Source: a virus (taxonomy: Duplodnaviria; Caudoviricetes). Taken from it: 64,000 nucleotides of DNA. Position numbers and translations under genes: made by a program. The stretch lies in the IMG/VR virus record IMGVR_UViG_3300008262_003210. One strand, written 5' to 3'. Below, piece by piece: positions 1-9,700 of this stretch (its first letter is position 1; the number at the start of each line of letters is the position of its first letter). The notes under the pieces are model-generated. The model did not search any database. It had not been told where the DNA came from and saw only the letters and a program-made list of their open reading frames with translations.

Positions 1-219
1 GCTGTTATGCTACCAATGGGTCTATCAGCAGAAAGACCACTAGCTACTGAAACGGGACTAGTGCGATATAACACAACATTTCCACGTTTAGAAGTTTACA
101 CCGGCGACCCAGGCCAAGGAGAAAATGGTTGGGTAACAGCATTAGGCGAAGCAACCGGTATTGTAGACGCAAACGTCATTGAAGGTCTTCTTGATTTTTG
201 GACCCTGATACTAGGGTAA
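1..219 (+). CDS. 3' end of a virion structural/tail-associated protein (5'-truncated by window edge)
   Basis: Frame is open from base 1 (AVMLPMG...). It carries GLVRYNT..RLEVY..W and ends LILG, matching the C-terminal module of 368..6004 (GMMRYNT..LVEVY..W, ending LVLG), so it is probably a paralog. Confidence 0.7.
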   Translation, partial: AVMLPMGLSAERPLATETGLVRYNTTFPRLEVYTGDPGQGENGWVTALGEATGIVDANVIEGLLDFWTLILG

Positions 220-231
220 AATCTCCCAAAC

Positions 232-239
232 GATAAATA
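232..239 (+). promoter_or_regulatory. T4-type late promoter-like motif GATAAATA
   Basis: Resembles the T4 late promoter TATAAATA and recurs upstream of many structural genes in this window. Confidence 0.6.
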
Positions 240-247
240 CTATTGAT

Positions 248-355
248 TACAAGAAACGACCAATTTCTTGTATGGTTAAACTGTGGTAAACCAGCAAAGA
301 GCCGTAAAAACGGATGCGGAGAAATCCTAAATGGTTAACCGTGAAACACGGGGTT
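248..355 (+). ncRNA. Putative structured 5' leader / cis-regulatory RNA upstream of the 1878-aa gene
   Basis: Hairpins: TACAAGAAA(248-256)/TTTCTTGTA(264-272); TGGTT(273-277)/AACCA(289-293); CCGT-AAAA-ACGG(302-313); GGA-GAAA-TCC(318-327); CCGTG-AAA-CACGG(339-351). No family assigned. Confidence 0.4.
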
Positions 356-367
356 TGAGGAGAGCTG

Positions 368-3300
368 ATGGCTGTTGGTCGTATTACCGGTCCACTCTTA
401 AAAGCGAATCTACTTCGTAATGGCGTAGATCTGGCTTTTGAGACCGACCTTTTATATTTAGATGTTAATAACGGCAGGGTCGGAATTAAGACGAGCCTAC
501 CTGACTACGACCTAGATGTCAACGGCACAACCCGTTCAACAAACTTAACAGCAACTACCCAAGCAGATTTAGCTACTTTTAACGTAGCAACAGATACTAT
601 TTCAAGTAGTAGTTCTATTATTAATTTACGACCAGCCGGTGCTAATCCTGTAGTTTATCAAGGTAAAATTCAAACAGGTGATTTACAACTTAGCACTAAC
701 ACTATCGAAACTACTGCAACAGACCAAGATTTAGATATCAACACACTTGGCACCGGGCAAGTAAATGTAAACGCAAATTTAAATGTTAACGGCGATGTGC
801 ATGTAACAGGAAATTTACAAGTTGACGGTGATGCTAGCGGAACAATTACAATCGGCGATGCTGACACAGATAATGTTGAATTTAAAGCAGATGTTAACAG
901 TAATATTATACCCGATGATAACGAAACTTGGGATTTAGGTAGCAATCCTACTTCTGGCGGAAAACGTTGGAAAACAGTTTACACTAAAGATTTAATAGCT
1001 CAGCAGATTACAGCATCAAATGTATTAGTTGACGGCATTGACCTAACGCAAATTCAAGGAAACATATATTATGTTGCTACAACTGGTAGCAATTCTAATG
1101 CTGGCGAACACGAGCATGATCCGGTATTAACATTAAAATATGCACTTAGCTTGGCAAATGCAGGCGATTGCATTTATATTTTTCCAGGCGTTTATCAAGA
1201 AATTTTTCCATTAACTGTTCCAGCAGGAGTAAGCGTTAAAGGTGCAGGTCTTCGTTCAGTTAAAATTACACCTACAGTAGGTACACGATTTAATGATGCA
1301 TTTTTGCTAAACGGTGAAACTACTATTGAAGATTTAACTATAGCAGATTTCTTTAGCACTTCGACAGCACAAATTACTTTATCCAGCGTACTTAATAATC
1401 CCAATGCTTACAGCACAAGTTCAAGTGATCAATTTGGTTGGTCAGTTGCTGTATCAGACAACTATGCTATAGTTGGCGCAGTATCAGAAGATGATGCAGG
1501 TGGGCAAAGTTCAGGTAAAGCCTATATTTTCAATACAACTACTGGAGCACTAGTACATACATTAAATAACCCCAACGCCTTTGGTACAAGTTTAGGTGAT
1601 CAATTTGCTTTGTCAGTTGGCATATCGGGCAATTATGCTATAGTTAGTGCAACTGTAGAAGATGATGCAGGCGGCACTGATTCGGGCAAGGTCTATATCT
1701 ACAACGTGACCACCGGCGCATTAATACGAACCCTAAACAACCCCAACGCTTACAGTACAAGTGGAGGCGATTTATTTGGACGATCAATTGCCGTATCAGG
1801 CAATTATGCAATAGTTGGCGCAGTATCAGAAGATGATGCGGGTGGTTCTAGTTCAGGTAAAGCCTACATATTTGACCTTACACATGCAAGTACCGACAGT
1901 ACCACTTCTGTACAAGTTGAATTTGGTGCTGCGGATAATCTAGACGGAACTTTCACTATTGATCTAGCTAGTCTAGGTATTACTGATCCAGGCGCTTTGA
2001 TTATTATCAATAGCGTAGATATTAGAGGAGACCTAAGTAGTAATGCAATCGAATATATAGATTTAAAATTAAGTACAGCAGCCGGTTATAATAGATATAT
2101 CTCAGGCTTTGATGATGCTACTTATAGAAATTTCGCCTGGCTTGGAGGTCAACCAACTAGTGTTGGAAACGTCAATATAGATTACATAATTCCGCCTGAC
2201 ATAAATTTTAGCCCTACTGGTATGCCTAACGGATATTTTTGGCAGGTAAGACTTAATATAACAGTAACTATTAGTGCATTAAGACATGTTTTAAATAACC
2301 CCAATGCTTACAGCACAAGTGGAAGTGATAATTTTGGTTTGTCAGTAGACATATCAGACAATTATGCAATAGTTGGTGCATATCTAGAAGATGATGCGGG
2401 TGGATCAGGTGCAGGTAAAGCCTATGTTTTCAACGTGGCCAGTGGCGCATTAGTACAAACTTTAAATAACCCCAACGCCTTTGGTACAAGTGTAAGTGAT
2501 CAATTTGGTTTGTCAGTTGGCATATCAGGCAACTATGCTATAGTTGGCGCATACCCAGAAGATGATGCGGGCGGCACTAGTTCAGGTAAAGCCTATATTT
2601 TCAATGCAACTACTGGTGCATTAATACACACTCTAAATAACCCCAACGCCTATAGTACAAGTGCAAGTGATCAATTTGGTTTTTCAGTAGACATATCAGG
2701 CAACTATGCTATAGTTAGTGCAAACGTAGAAGATGATGCGGGTGGTACTAGTTCAGGCAAGGTCTATATTTTTAGTACTATAAGCGGTCAGCTATTACAA
2801 ACTATTAATAATCCCAACGCTTACAGTACAAGTGCAGGTGATCAATTTGGCCATATAGTTGCAATATCAGGCAACTATGCTATGGTTGGCGCAATAGGAG
2901 AAGATGATGCAGGCGGCACTGATTCAGGTAAAGCCTATATTTACAACTTAACAGGTACTGTAGAAAACGGATACGCATTCCGTTTTGCTACCGGAATGAC
3001 TGTTACTAATCGTAGTCCTTATATTAGAAACGTAACAGTAATTACCAAAGGTTCAACTACAAGTGTAACCGATCCTTACGGTTTTGATAGCGGTGATGCA
3101 GGTAAAGGCGCATTAGCAGACGGTAGTGTAGTTAATGCTGCTAGTGTTGAAGCAAGTATGTTGTTTCATTCAGTAACATTTATTACACCTAATCAAGAAG
3201 CAATCACAGCAACTAACGGTGTACGTATTGAATGGTTAAATTCATTTAGTTATTTTGCTGATAAAGGATTATATTTAACAAGCGGACCTTTGGGTTTTGC

Positions 3301-6004
3301 TGGAGTTGGCCAAACACGTTTAAGAATTGAAAATCGTACAGGTACATGGGCAGTTGGTAATACTGTACTTTATTATAACACTGACGGAACTACTTTGTTA
3401 GCCAGCGGCACTATTTCCAGTATCAATGGAAACTATATTAATCTAGCAGGCAAATGTTCTGGATTTGAAACAATTACAGATAGAGTTGGTAAAACTGTTT
3501 ATGCTCAAGGCAACGCTAAACTTTCAACTAGTATTAGAAAGTTTGGTACTGCTAGTTTGGCTTTAGACGGTACAGGAGATTATGCAACAGTCCCAAGTCA
3601 ACCAGATTTTAATTTTGGAACTGGAGATTTTACAATAGAGTGCTGGATATATAGAAGCATATCTAACGTACAACATAACATACTTGATTTTAGAACAACC
3701 AATACACAAAATGCTCCCGTAGTCTACATTCAAAATACTAATCAGTTAACATATTACGTTAATGGTTCTATTAGGATTACAGGAACAACAGTATCAACAG
3801 GTGTGTGGCATCACGTTGCCCTGTCAAGACAAGGAACGTCTACAAAATTATTCTTTAACGGAGCCCAAGTTGGTTCTACATGGACTGATACAACTGACTA
3901 TATTCAATCTCCGTTAACTATCGGTTCTAGATTTGACGGCATATCTGGAAACTTTAATGGGTACATTGATGATGTTCGTGTTACTAAAGGACTAGCAAGG
4001 TATACTTCTACATTTATAACTCCTACAGCAGCGTTCGTGGGCGATACAGATACAGTATTACTATTACACTTTAATGGTACTAACAATTCAACAACATTTA
4101 TTGATGACGGCGTTACACTACAAGATTTACGAACTAATGCCGGTGGTACTGCAAGCCTAATCCAATTTGCTGATTATTCAGACTTTGGTGCTGAATTACG
4201 TGCAATTGGATCAGCAGCTATCTACGGTAACTATGGTGCATACGGCGAAGGCGAAGGTGTTATTGCCTATTTGATAAGCCAAAATTTTGCCTATGTAGGT
4301 TCTGGAAAAGTATCTACAAATGATCCTAATGACAGAATTGCAGCCAATGAAGTTACAAAACTCAACCTTGCTAAAATTTATTACACCAGTGTAGATAATG
4401 AAGGTAATTTTAGTATTGGAGATGCATTTTTTGTAAATCAAGAAACTGGTGATGTGTTGTTTAACGGTGAAAGTTTAAACATAACTGTTCCGGGCGGAAT
4501 AACATTTACCAACGGTGTAAATTCAACAACTATAACACCAACTGATGTCACTACTGGCAACATACGTATTAGTGGTAATACTATTGAAAGTATAACAGGC
4601 GATGTTAACGTAACTGCGGCCAGCGGATCAATTAATTTACAAAACAATACATTTATTACAGGTAACTTAGATGTAACGGGCGATATTATCCTCGGTGGAA
4701 ATATTCAAGTTGGTGATGCAAACACAGATACAATTAATTTTGTTGGTGGCATCAGCAGCAACTTAGTACCATCTACTACAGCAACATACGACTTGGGAAC
4801 TCCAAGTTTACGTTGGGATAATGTTTTCCTAAATCGTGTTGAAATTGATAATTTAGTAATTGACAACAATACTATTGAAACAACAACAAGTAACGACAAT
4901 CTAATACTTAAAGCAAATGGAACAGGTGTTGTTTCTGTACCTAATAATGATGTACTTATTGACCAAAATTTAACAGTCACCACTGACCTTACTGTTTCTA
5001 CTGGCACAACTTATCTTAAAAACACTGGGATTACTGGAACAGTTACTCAAACAGGTGATTTTAATCAAACTGGCGACTTTACTTCAAGCGGAACATTGCA
5101 AGTTACAGGAAATACAGAACTTACCGGATATTTAGATTTACCAAATATTAGTATTAACGGCAATACCATTTCTACAAAAACAGCAGGATCTGATTTGCTA
5201 TTATCTGCCAATGGTACTGGCGATGTTTTAATTGAAAACTTGTCAGTTGATGGATCTATAATATCAAGTACTGTTGCAGATTCTAGCATTACATTGAAAC
5301 CCTTAGGTCAAGGTATAGTAGAGATTGATAGTAATCAAAGTTTAAAATTACCTGTTGGCGGCGACAGCGATAGACCACTAACTCCAGCTAGCGGAATGAT
5401 TCGTTATAACTCAGATTTGAGCAGATACGAAGGATATAACAACGGCTACTGGTTAAGTATGAGTGGCGTTGCTGATGCAGACGGCAACACATATATTACA
5501 GCAGAACTTACCCCAGGTGCAAACGACAACACATTAAGATTTTATGCTGATAGTAGTCTAATGGTTACTATTGACGCTACAAAATTATATGCAGAGCGTT
5601 TACAAACTAGTAATTTAGACATACAAGATGACACAATAACTCCTATTTCTCCAAACAGTGATTTAAATTTATCATCTACTGGAACAGGAAGTGTAAGGTT
5701 AGGTAACTTGTCTGTTAAAAACAATACCATAACTAACATTGTGTCTGGAGCAGTAACACAGTTTTCTCAAACTGGAACTGGATATATAAAGATAGAAGGC
5801 ACCAATGGTTTAGTCTTTCCTAGCGGATCAGATTCAGACAGACCAGCAGCGCCTGTGCTTGGAATGATGCGATATAACACACAGCAACAGCTGGTAGAAG
5901 TTTATAATGGTAGCATATGGACTGGTGTTGCAGGATCGTCAGGCGGTGTAACTTTTGCAGAAGCTTCGGCTATTGCTATTGAATACGTGTTAGTTTTAGG
6001 ATAA
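368..6004 (+). CDS. Large virion structural/tail-appendage protein (1878 aa): beta-shaft repeats, pectin-lyase-like beta-helix, FG-GAP propeller, LamG-like domain
   Basis: Seven 57-aa FG-GAP-like repeats; LamG-like segment (FGTGDFTIECW...GYIDDVRVTKGLARY); repeated N.I.T...N.DL.L...GTG.V shaft motif; YYTSVDNEGNF motif shared with the 2900/3671-aa proteins. Confidence 0.8.
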   Translation: MAVGRITGPLLKANLLRNGVDLAFETDLLYLDVNNGRVGIKTSLPDYDLDVNGTTRSTNLTATTQADLATFNVATDTISSSSSIINLRPAGANPVVYQGKIQTGDLQLSTNTIETTATDQDLDINTLGTGQVNVNANLNVNGDVHVTGNLQVDGDASGTITIGDADTDNVEFKADVNSNIIPDDNETWDLGSNPTSGGKRWKTVYTKDLIAQQITASNVLVDGIDLTQIQGNIYYVATTGSNSNAGEHEHDPVLTLKYALSLANAGDCIYIFPGVYQEIFPLTVPAGVSVKGAGLRSVKITPTVGTRFNDAFLLNGETTIEDLTIADFFSTSTAQITLSSVLNNPNAYSTSSSDQFGWSVAVSDNYAIVGAVSEDDAGGQSSGKAYIFNTTTGALVHTLNNPNAFGTSLGDQFALSVGISGNYAIVSATVEDDAGGTDSGKVYIYNVTTGALIRTLNNPNAYSTSGGDLFGRSIAVSGNYAIVGAVSEDDAGGSSSGKAYIFDLTHASTDSTTSVQVEFGAADNLDGTFTIDLASLGITDPGALIIINSVDIRGDLSSNAIEYIDLKLSTAAGYNRYISGFDDATYRNFAWLGGQPTSVGNVNIDYIIPPDINFSPTGMPNGYFWQVRLNITVTISALRHVLNNPNAYSTSGSDNFGLSVDISDNYAIVGAYLEDDAGGSGAGKAYVFNVASGALVQTLNNPNAFGTSVSDQFGLSVGISGNYAIVGAYPEDDAGGTSSGKAYIFNATTGALIHTLNNPNAYSTSASDQFGFSVDISGNYAIVSANVEDDAGGTSSGKVYIFSTISGQLLQTINNPNAYSTSAGDQFGHIVAISGNYAMVGAIGEDDAGGTDSGKAYIYNLTGTVENGYAFRFATGMTVTNRSPYIRNVTVITKGSTTSVTDPYGFDSGDAGKGALADGSVVNAASVEASMLFHSVTFITPNQEAITATNGVRIEWLNSFSYFADKGLYLTSGPLGFAGVGQTRLRIENRTGTWAVGNTVLYYNTDGTTLLASGTISSINGNYINLAGKCSGFETITDRVGKTVYAQGNAKLSTSIRKFGTASLALDGTGDYATVPSQPDFNFGTGDFTIECWIYRSISNVQHNILDFRTTNTQNAPVVYIQNTNQLTYYVNGSIRITGTTVSTGVWHHVALSRQGTSTKLFFNGAQVGSTWTDTTDYIQSPLTIGSRFDGISGNFNGYIDDVRVTKGLARYTSTFITPTAAFVGDTDTVLLLHFNGTNNSTTFIDDGVTLQDLRTNAGGTASLIQFADYSDFGAELRAIGSAAIYGNYGAYGEGEGVIAYLISQNFAYVGSGKVSTNDPNDRIAANEVTKLNLAKIYYTSVDNEGNFSIGDAFFVNQETGDVLFNGESLNITVPGGITFTNGVNSTTITPTDVTTGNIRISGNTIESITGDVNVTAASGSINLQNNTFITGNLDVTGDIILGGNIQVGDANTDTINFVGGISSNLVPSTTATYDLGTPSLRWDNVFLNRVEIDNLVIDNNTIETTTSNDNLILKANGTGVVSVPNNDVLIDQNLTVTTDLTVSTGTTYLKNTGITGTVTQTGDFNQTGDFTSSGTLQVTGNTELTGYLDLPNISINGNTISTKTAGSDLLLSANGTGDVLIENLSVDGSIISSTVADSSITLKPLGQGIVEIDSNQSLKLPVGGDSDRPLTPASGMIRYNSDLSRYEGYNNGYWLSMSGVADADGNTYITAELTPGANDNTLRFYADSSLMVTIDATKLYAERLQTSNLDIQDDTITPISPNSDLNLSSTGTGSVRLGNLSVKNNTITNIVSGAVTQFSQTGTGYIKIEGTNGLVFPSGSDSDRPAAPVLGMMRYNTQQQLVEVYNGSIWTGVAGSSGGVTFAEASAIAIEYVLVLG
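1391..2950 (+). repeat. Seven 171-bp (57-aa) FG-GAP-like coding repeats, 3+4, split by an insertion
   Basis: Units LNNPNA(Y/F).TS..D.FG.SV.IS.NYAIV.A..EDDAGG..SGK.Y start at 1391, 1562, 1733, 2291, 2462, 2633, 2804. Confidence 0.9.
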
Positions 6005-6011
6005 AAAAAAT

Positions 6012-6341
6012 ATGGCAACCTCGTTTAATAATGCACTCCTATCAGAATTAGGACAAACAGAGCAAAATGTTTTTACTGTGGCTTCGAATGCTAGGGTAAC
6101 AGTTATTGGTTTAAGTTTTGCAAACTTAACTGATAGTGTTATACTAGCCAGTGTTAGAATACAAGGAAGTCCTAGCGGGTCAGCATATTTTTGTAAAAAT
6201 ATACCAGTACCACCAAATCAAAGTTTACGTGTAATTAACGGCGGCGAAAAATTAATTCTTTCTAGCGACATGACTATGTATGTTCAAGCTAGCCAAGAAG
6301 ACAGTTTAGATTTAATTGTCAGCTACGTTTCAATTACCTAA
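6012..6341 (+). CDS. Small virion-associated protein (109 aa), probable paralog of 26532..26858
   Basis: All-beta-like pattern; shares T.V(F/Y)TV...N...........(I/V)P...SL/VF...G..L.L with 26532..26858. Confidence 0.65.
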   Translation: MATSFNNALLSELGQTEQNVFTVASNARVTVIGLSFANLTDSVILASVRIQGSPSGSAYFCKNIPVPPNQSLRVINGGEKLILSSDMTMYVQASQEDSLDLIVSYVSIT

Positions 6342-6352
6342 GGAAAAGAATT

Positions 6353-6721
6353 ATGACATACTACGTTGGAGCAGTTAGTACAACAGATTTATTAGGAAAT
6401 GATAATCCTAGGTTCTTCTATGGATTGAGAAGAACAGAAGATGGTACTTTATACTTTACAAAATTAGGTCAGTTAATTGGAACTGAAGCAGTTAGAATTA
6501 ATATTGCAGGACCTGCATCAGAAGATTTTGAAGATTTTGAATATGGTGTAGATTTTTTTGATGGAAGGCTTGCCGAAGATCACAGCAGACCTTATGCTAA
6601 CTTAAATTTCGATCAATATCGCTGGGATCAACGGAATTGTTATTATTACATTAATACTAGCGGCGAACTAGTAATTAGAGTTAATCAAGCATACGTATAC
6701 GATCCATCACAAATTATTTAA
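6353..6721 (+). CDS. Hypothetical virion-associated protein (122 aa)
   Basis: Intact ORF with AAGGA RBS, tightly packed in the structural operon. Confidence 0.65.
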   Translation: MTYYVGAVSTTDLLGNDNPRFFYGLRRTEDGTLYFTKLGQLIGTEAVRINIAGPASEDFEDFEYGVDFFDGRLAEDHSRPYANLNFDQYRWDQRNCYYYINTSGELVIRVNQAYVYDPSQII

Positions 6722-6735
6722 TATAGGATAAAAAA

Positions 6736-9700
6736 ATGGCCGCAGAGTTTAAAATTTCCCGACTTAGATATAACTATCTTGGAGAATGGGACGTTGACGC
6801 ATTTTATAATCGAGATGCTGTTGTTACCTACGAAGGTAAACTGTATGTTTGTTTAGAACCACATACTTCTGGCACAACCCAGCCTACTTTTTATGATGCT
6901 CTTAATAATGTAACATTGGGAGCACCCAATCCTTACTGGGAAATAGTTATTGATTCAAGAAAATGGTCCGGTGATTGGCAAACAACAACGTTTTATAGTT
7001 TAGGAAATATTGTTCGTTATGGCGGGTCGTTGTATATTTGTACAGAACAGCATACTAGTGGCTTAGTTATTGATGAAAATAAATTTGACTTGTTTGCTAC
7101 CTCAAACGGCAATTGGGATAATACATGGGACGTAGGTATCGCATACGGAGTAGGCGATATAGTTAGATATGGCGGAATTCTATATAGATGTATTGAAAAC
7201 CACATATCCGCTGCCACTGTTGCGCTAGGCTTAGAAGAAGATCAAGCATCGTGGGCTGATTTTTTTGTTGGAGTCGAGTTTAAAGGAACTTGGAACAGCT
7301 CTGGTTACAGATACAAGAAGAATGACCTTGTAAAATACGGCGCTGACGTATGGATTGCAGAATCAGGCCACACTTCGTCATTAACATTTGACCAAACAAA
7401 ATGGGATTTATGGGCACCAGGGCAAGATTATACAGATTCTTGGAGCTCAAGTGTAACTTATCAAATAGGAGATGTTATACTATACGGCGGTTATACTTAT
7501 ACTAGTTTAGTTGCCAACAACTTAAACAATGTTCCTTCAGTTGATGCAATTTCTTGGGAGTTGTTAACAAAAGGATACAGTTTTGAAAACGACTGGAATT
7601 CCAGCACAAGTTACAAAGTAGGTAATGTAGTTAGAAGAGGTGGATTGATATATGTAGCTGTACAAGATAATAATAATCAAGATCCTACAAATCTTAGTGT
7701 ATCAAAAACTTTTCAATCATCAACTGACACAACAATTACTTTAAACAATACATCTGGATTAGTTCCAGGATTGATTATTACAGGTCCTAAAATATCTACA
7801 GGGCCGTCAATAGTAACTGTTATAGACGGATTGCAAATTAAGATTAGCGAATTATTTGACGGCTCTCTTACTACTGGAGATACTTTAGATTTTCGAGGAA
7901 TTAATTACATATATTGGAGTCTTGTAGTTCCTAGTGTAAATTGGAGAGGAATTTGGGAGGATGAGGTAGATTATTCTATAGGTGATGTTGTTTTATACGG
8001 CAATAAAACATATAAGTGTATTCAAAGCCATACTAGCTCTGAAATTACTGGCGATAAACCAACTTCTAATACTGGTTATAATTTTTGGATATCTTATTTC
8101 TATCATGCAAGAAGAAACAGTCTCACAGATCAGGGAGATATTAGAACTATTGCTGGAGGAGCATCAACTGTTGTTAATATTGGCGAACAAGACCAAGTAC
8201 TCCAAGCGTGTATCTATCTAAACGAAACAGGCAGTAATAGTGGATATGGTACTTCAGTTGAAATTCCTGACGGCGAAGTATTGCCAAAGTGGAAGAAAAT
8301 TTTAGTAAGTCCAAATCTGTTTTATGTTTCAGAAAGTGGAGTTGATGCACCAGGTTACGGGGAAACATGGGATAGACCTTGGAGAACAATTAAGTATGCT
8401 ACTGAGCGAGTAGATGCCGGCACAGAAAATCAAGGAATTAAAGCCTGTTTAGAAGCAAACAAAAAGTTTCTTACAACTGAAATGTATCAGTGGATGTTGT
8501 ATCAAAAACAATATACCATTGCTCCTTTCTCACCAACAAGTCAGTTTGATCCTGATAAAACTGTTAGAGATGCCAGTTATATAATTGATGGTGTTGTTTA
8601 TGACTTGTCTCGCGGAGGCAATGCACAAACCGTTATAAATGCAAGAGCATTTTTTAACGCTGAAGGCAGGGGCGGCTATATCAATTCATCAGTTGAAGCA
8701 CAAATGCCATTCTTTATTGCCGCATTAAATAGACTCAAAACATTAATGTTAAGCAATGTTTTAATTGGACAAGTACCAACAACATTATACCAAGAAGTAA
8801 ACGGTATTACACCTGGCGACATTATAGAAATGCAAACAGGATTCATAACAGGATTCTTAACTGATGTTGAAACATTATTAGATATTGTTATAGATGCCCT
8901 CACTGATGCAACAACAGATAATATCCCGTACCCAAATAAAGGGTTAACGGCAACAATCATGGTAAAAACAGGAACTTATGAAGAAGAACTACCAATTATA
9001 GTTCCTGAATACTGTGTTATCCAGGGAGACGAGCTTAGAGGTGTAACTGTAACACCAAAAACAGTTATCAATACATTTACAGAAACAAGTGTATCTGGCA
9101 GTACAACTCCTGCTACCACAACATTGACAGGTGCTGTTGGCCATAGCGAGTGGGATTTCAGCACAGACGGAACAGTAACTTTAACTGCAACAGGCTTGCC
9201 GTACCATAGTTACGGAAATTTAGACGATCCTAATACACCTGATGATATTGAAATTGATAAAACATTTCCGTGGAGAGGTGGTACTGATATTTCAGCAGAA
9301 GATAAAGTTGCAACAGATCCAGGAACAATAGGTTATTGGATTAACGGTGTTAGTATTGTAAGCCCTAATGCTGGTACTGATGCACCAGATGGTTTTGTTG
9401 CGTTGTCGGGTTTTAATTACAATAAAAGCGCATATACAGCATTTGCATTAAACTATTCTTGGGGAGCAGATGATGCCGGCGGATTTTCTTCCGCTGACGG
9501 TACATATCATTACACTGACTTTAGTTTTGATTTATCATGGACTAGTGGTGATGGCTTTGTGAGTGGCAATAATAATACAGGATCTAGTGAGTTAAGCGAA
9601 ATTCCTTATTTGAGCGGTTCTTTAACACAAGCAAACGGCCATAGCAAAATCATCGGTATAAGTCTAGACGGCTATCCAATATACGGTCCATTTGGTTATA

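Noticed and set aside
1391-2950. 171-bp repeats as a CRISPR array or DGR template/variable repeats
   Set aside because: They are in-frame coding repeats with no spacers; differences are not adenine-specific; no reverse transcriptase in the window.
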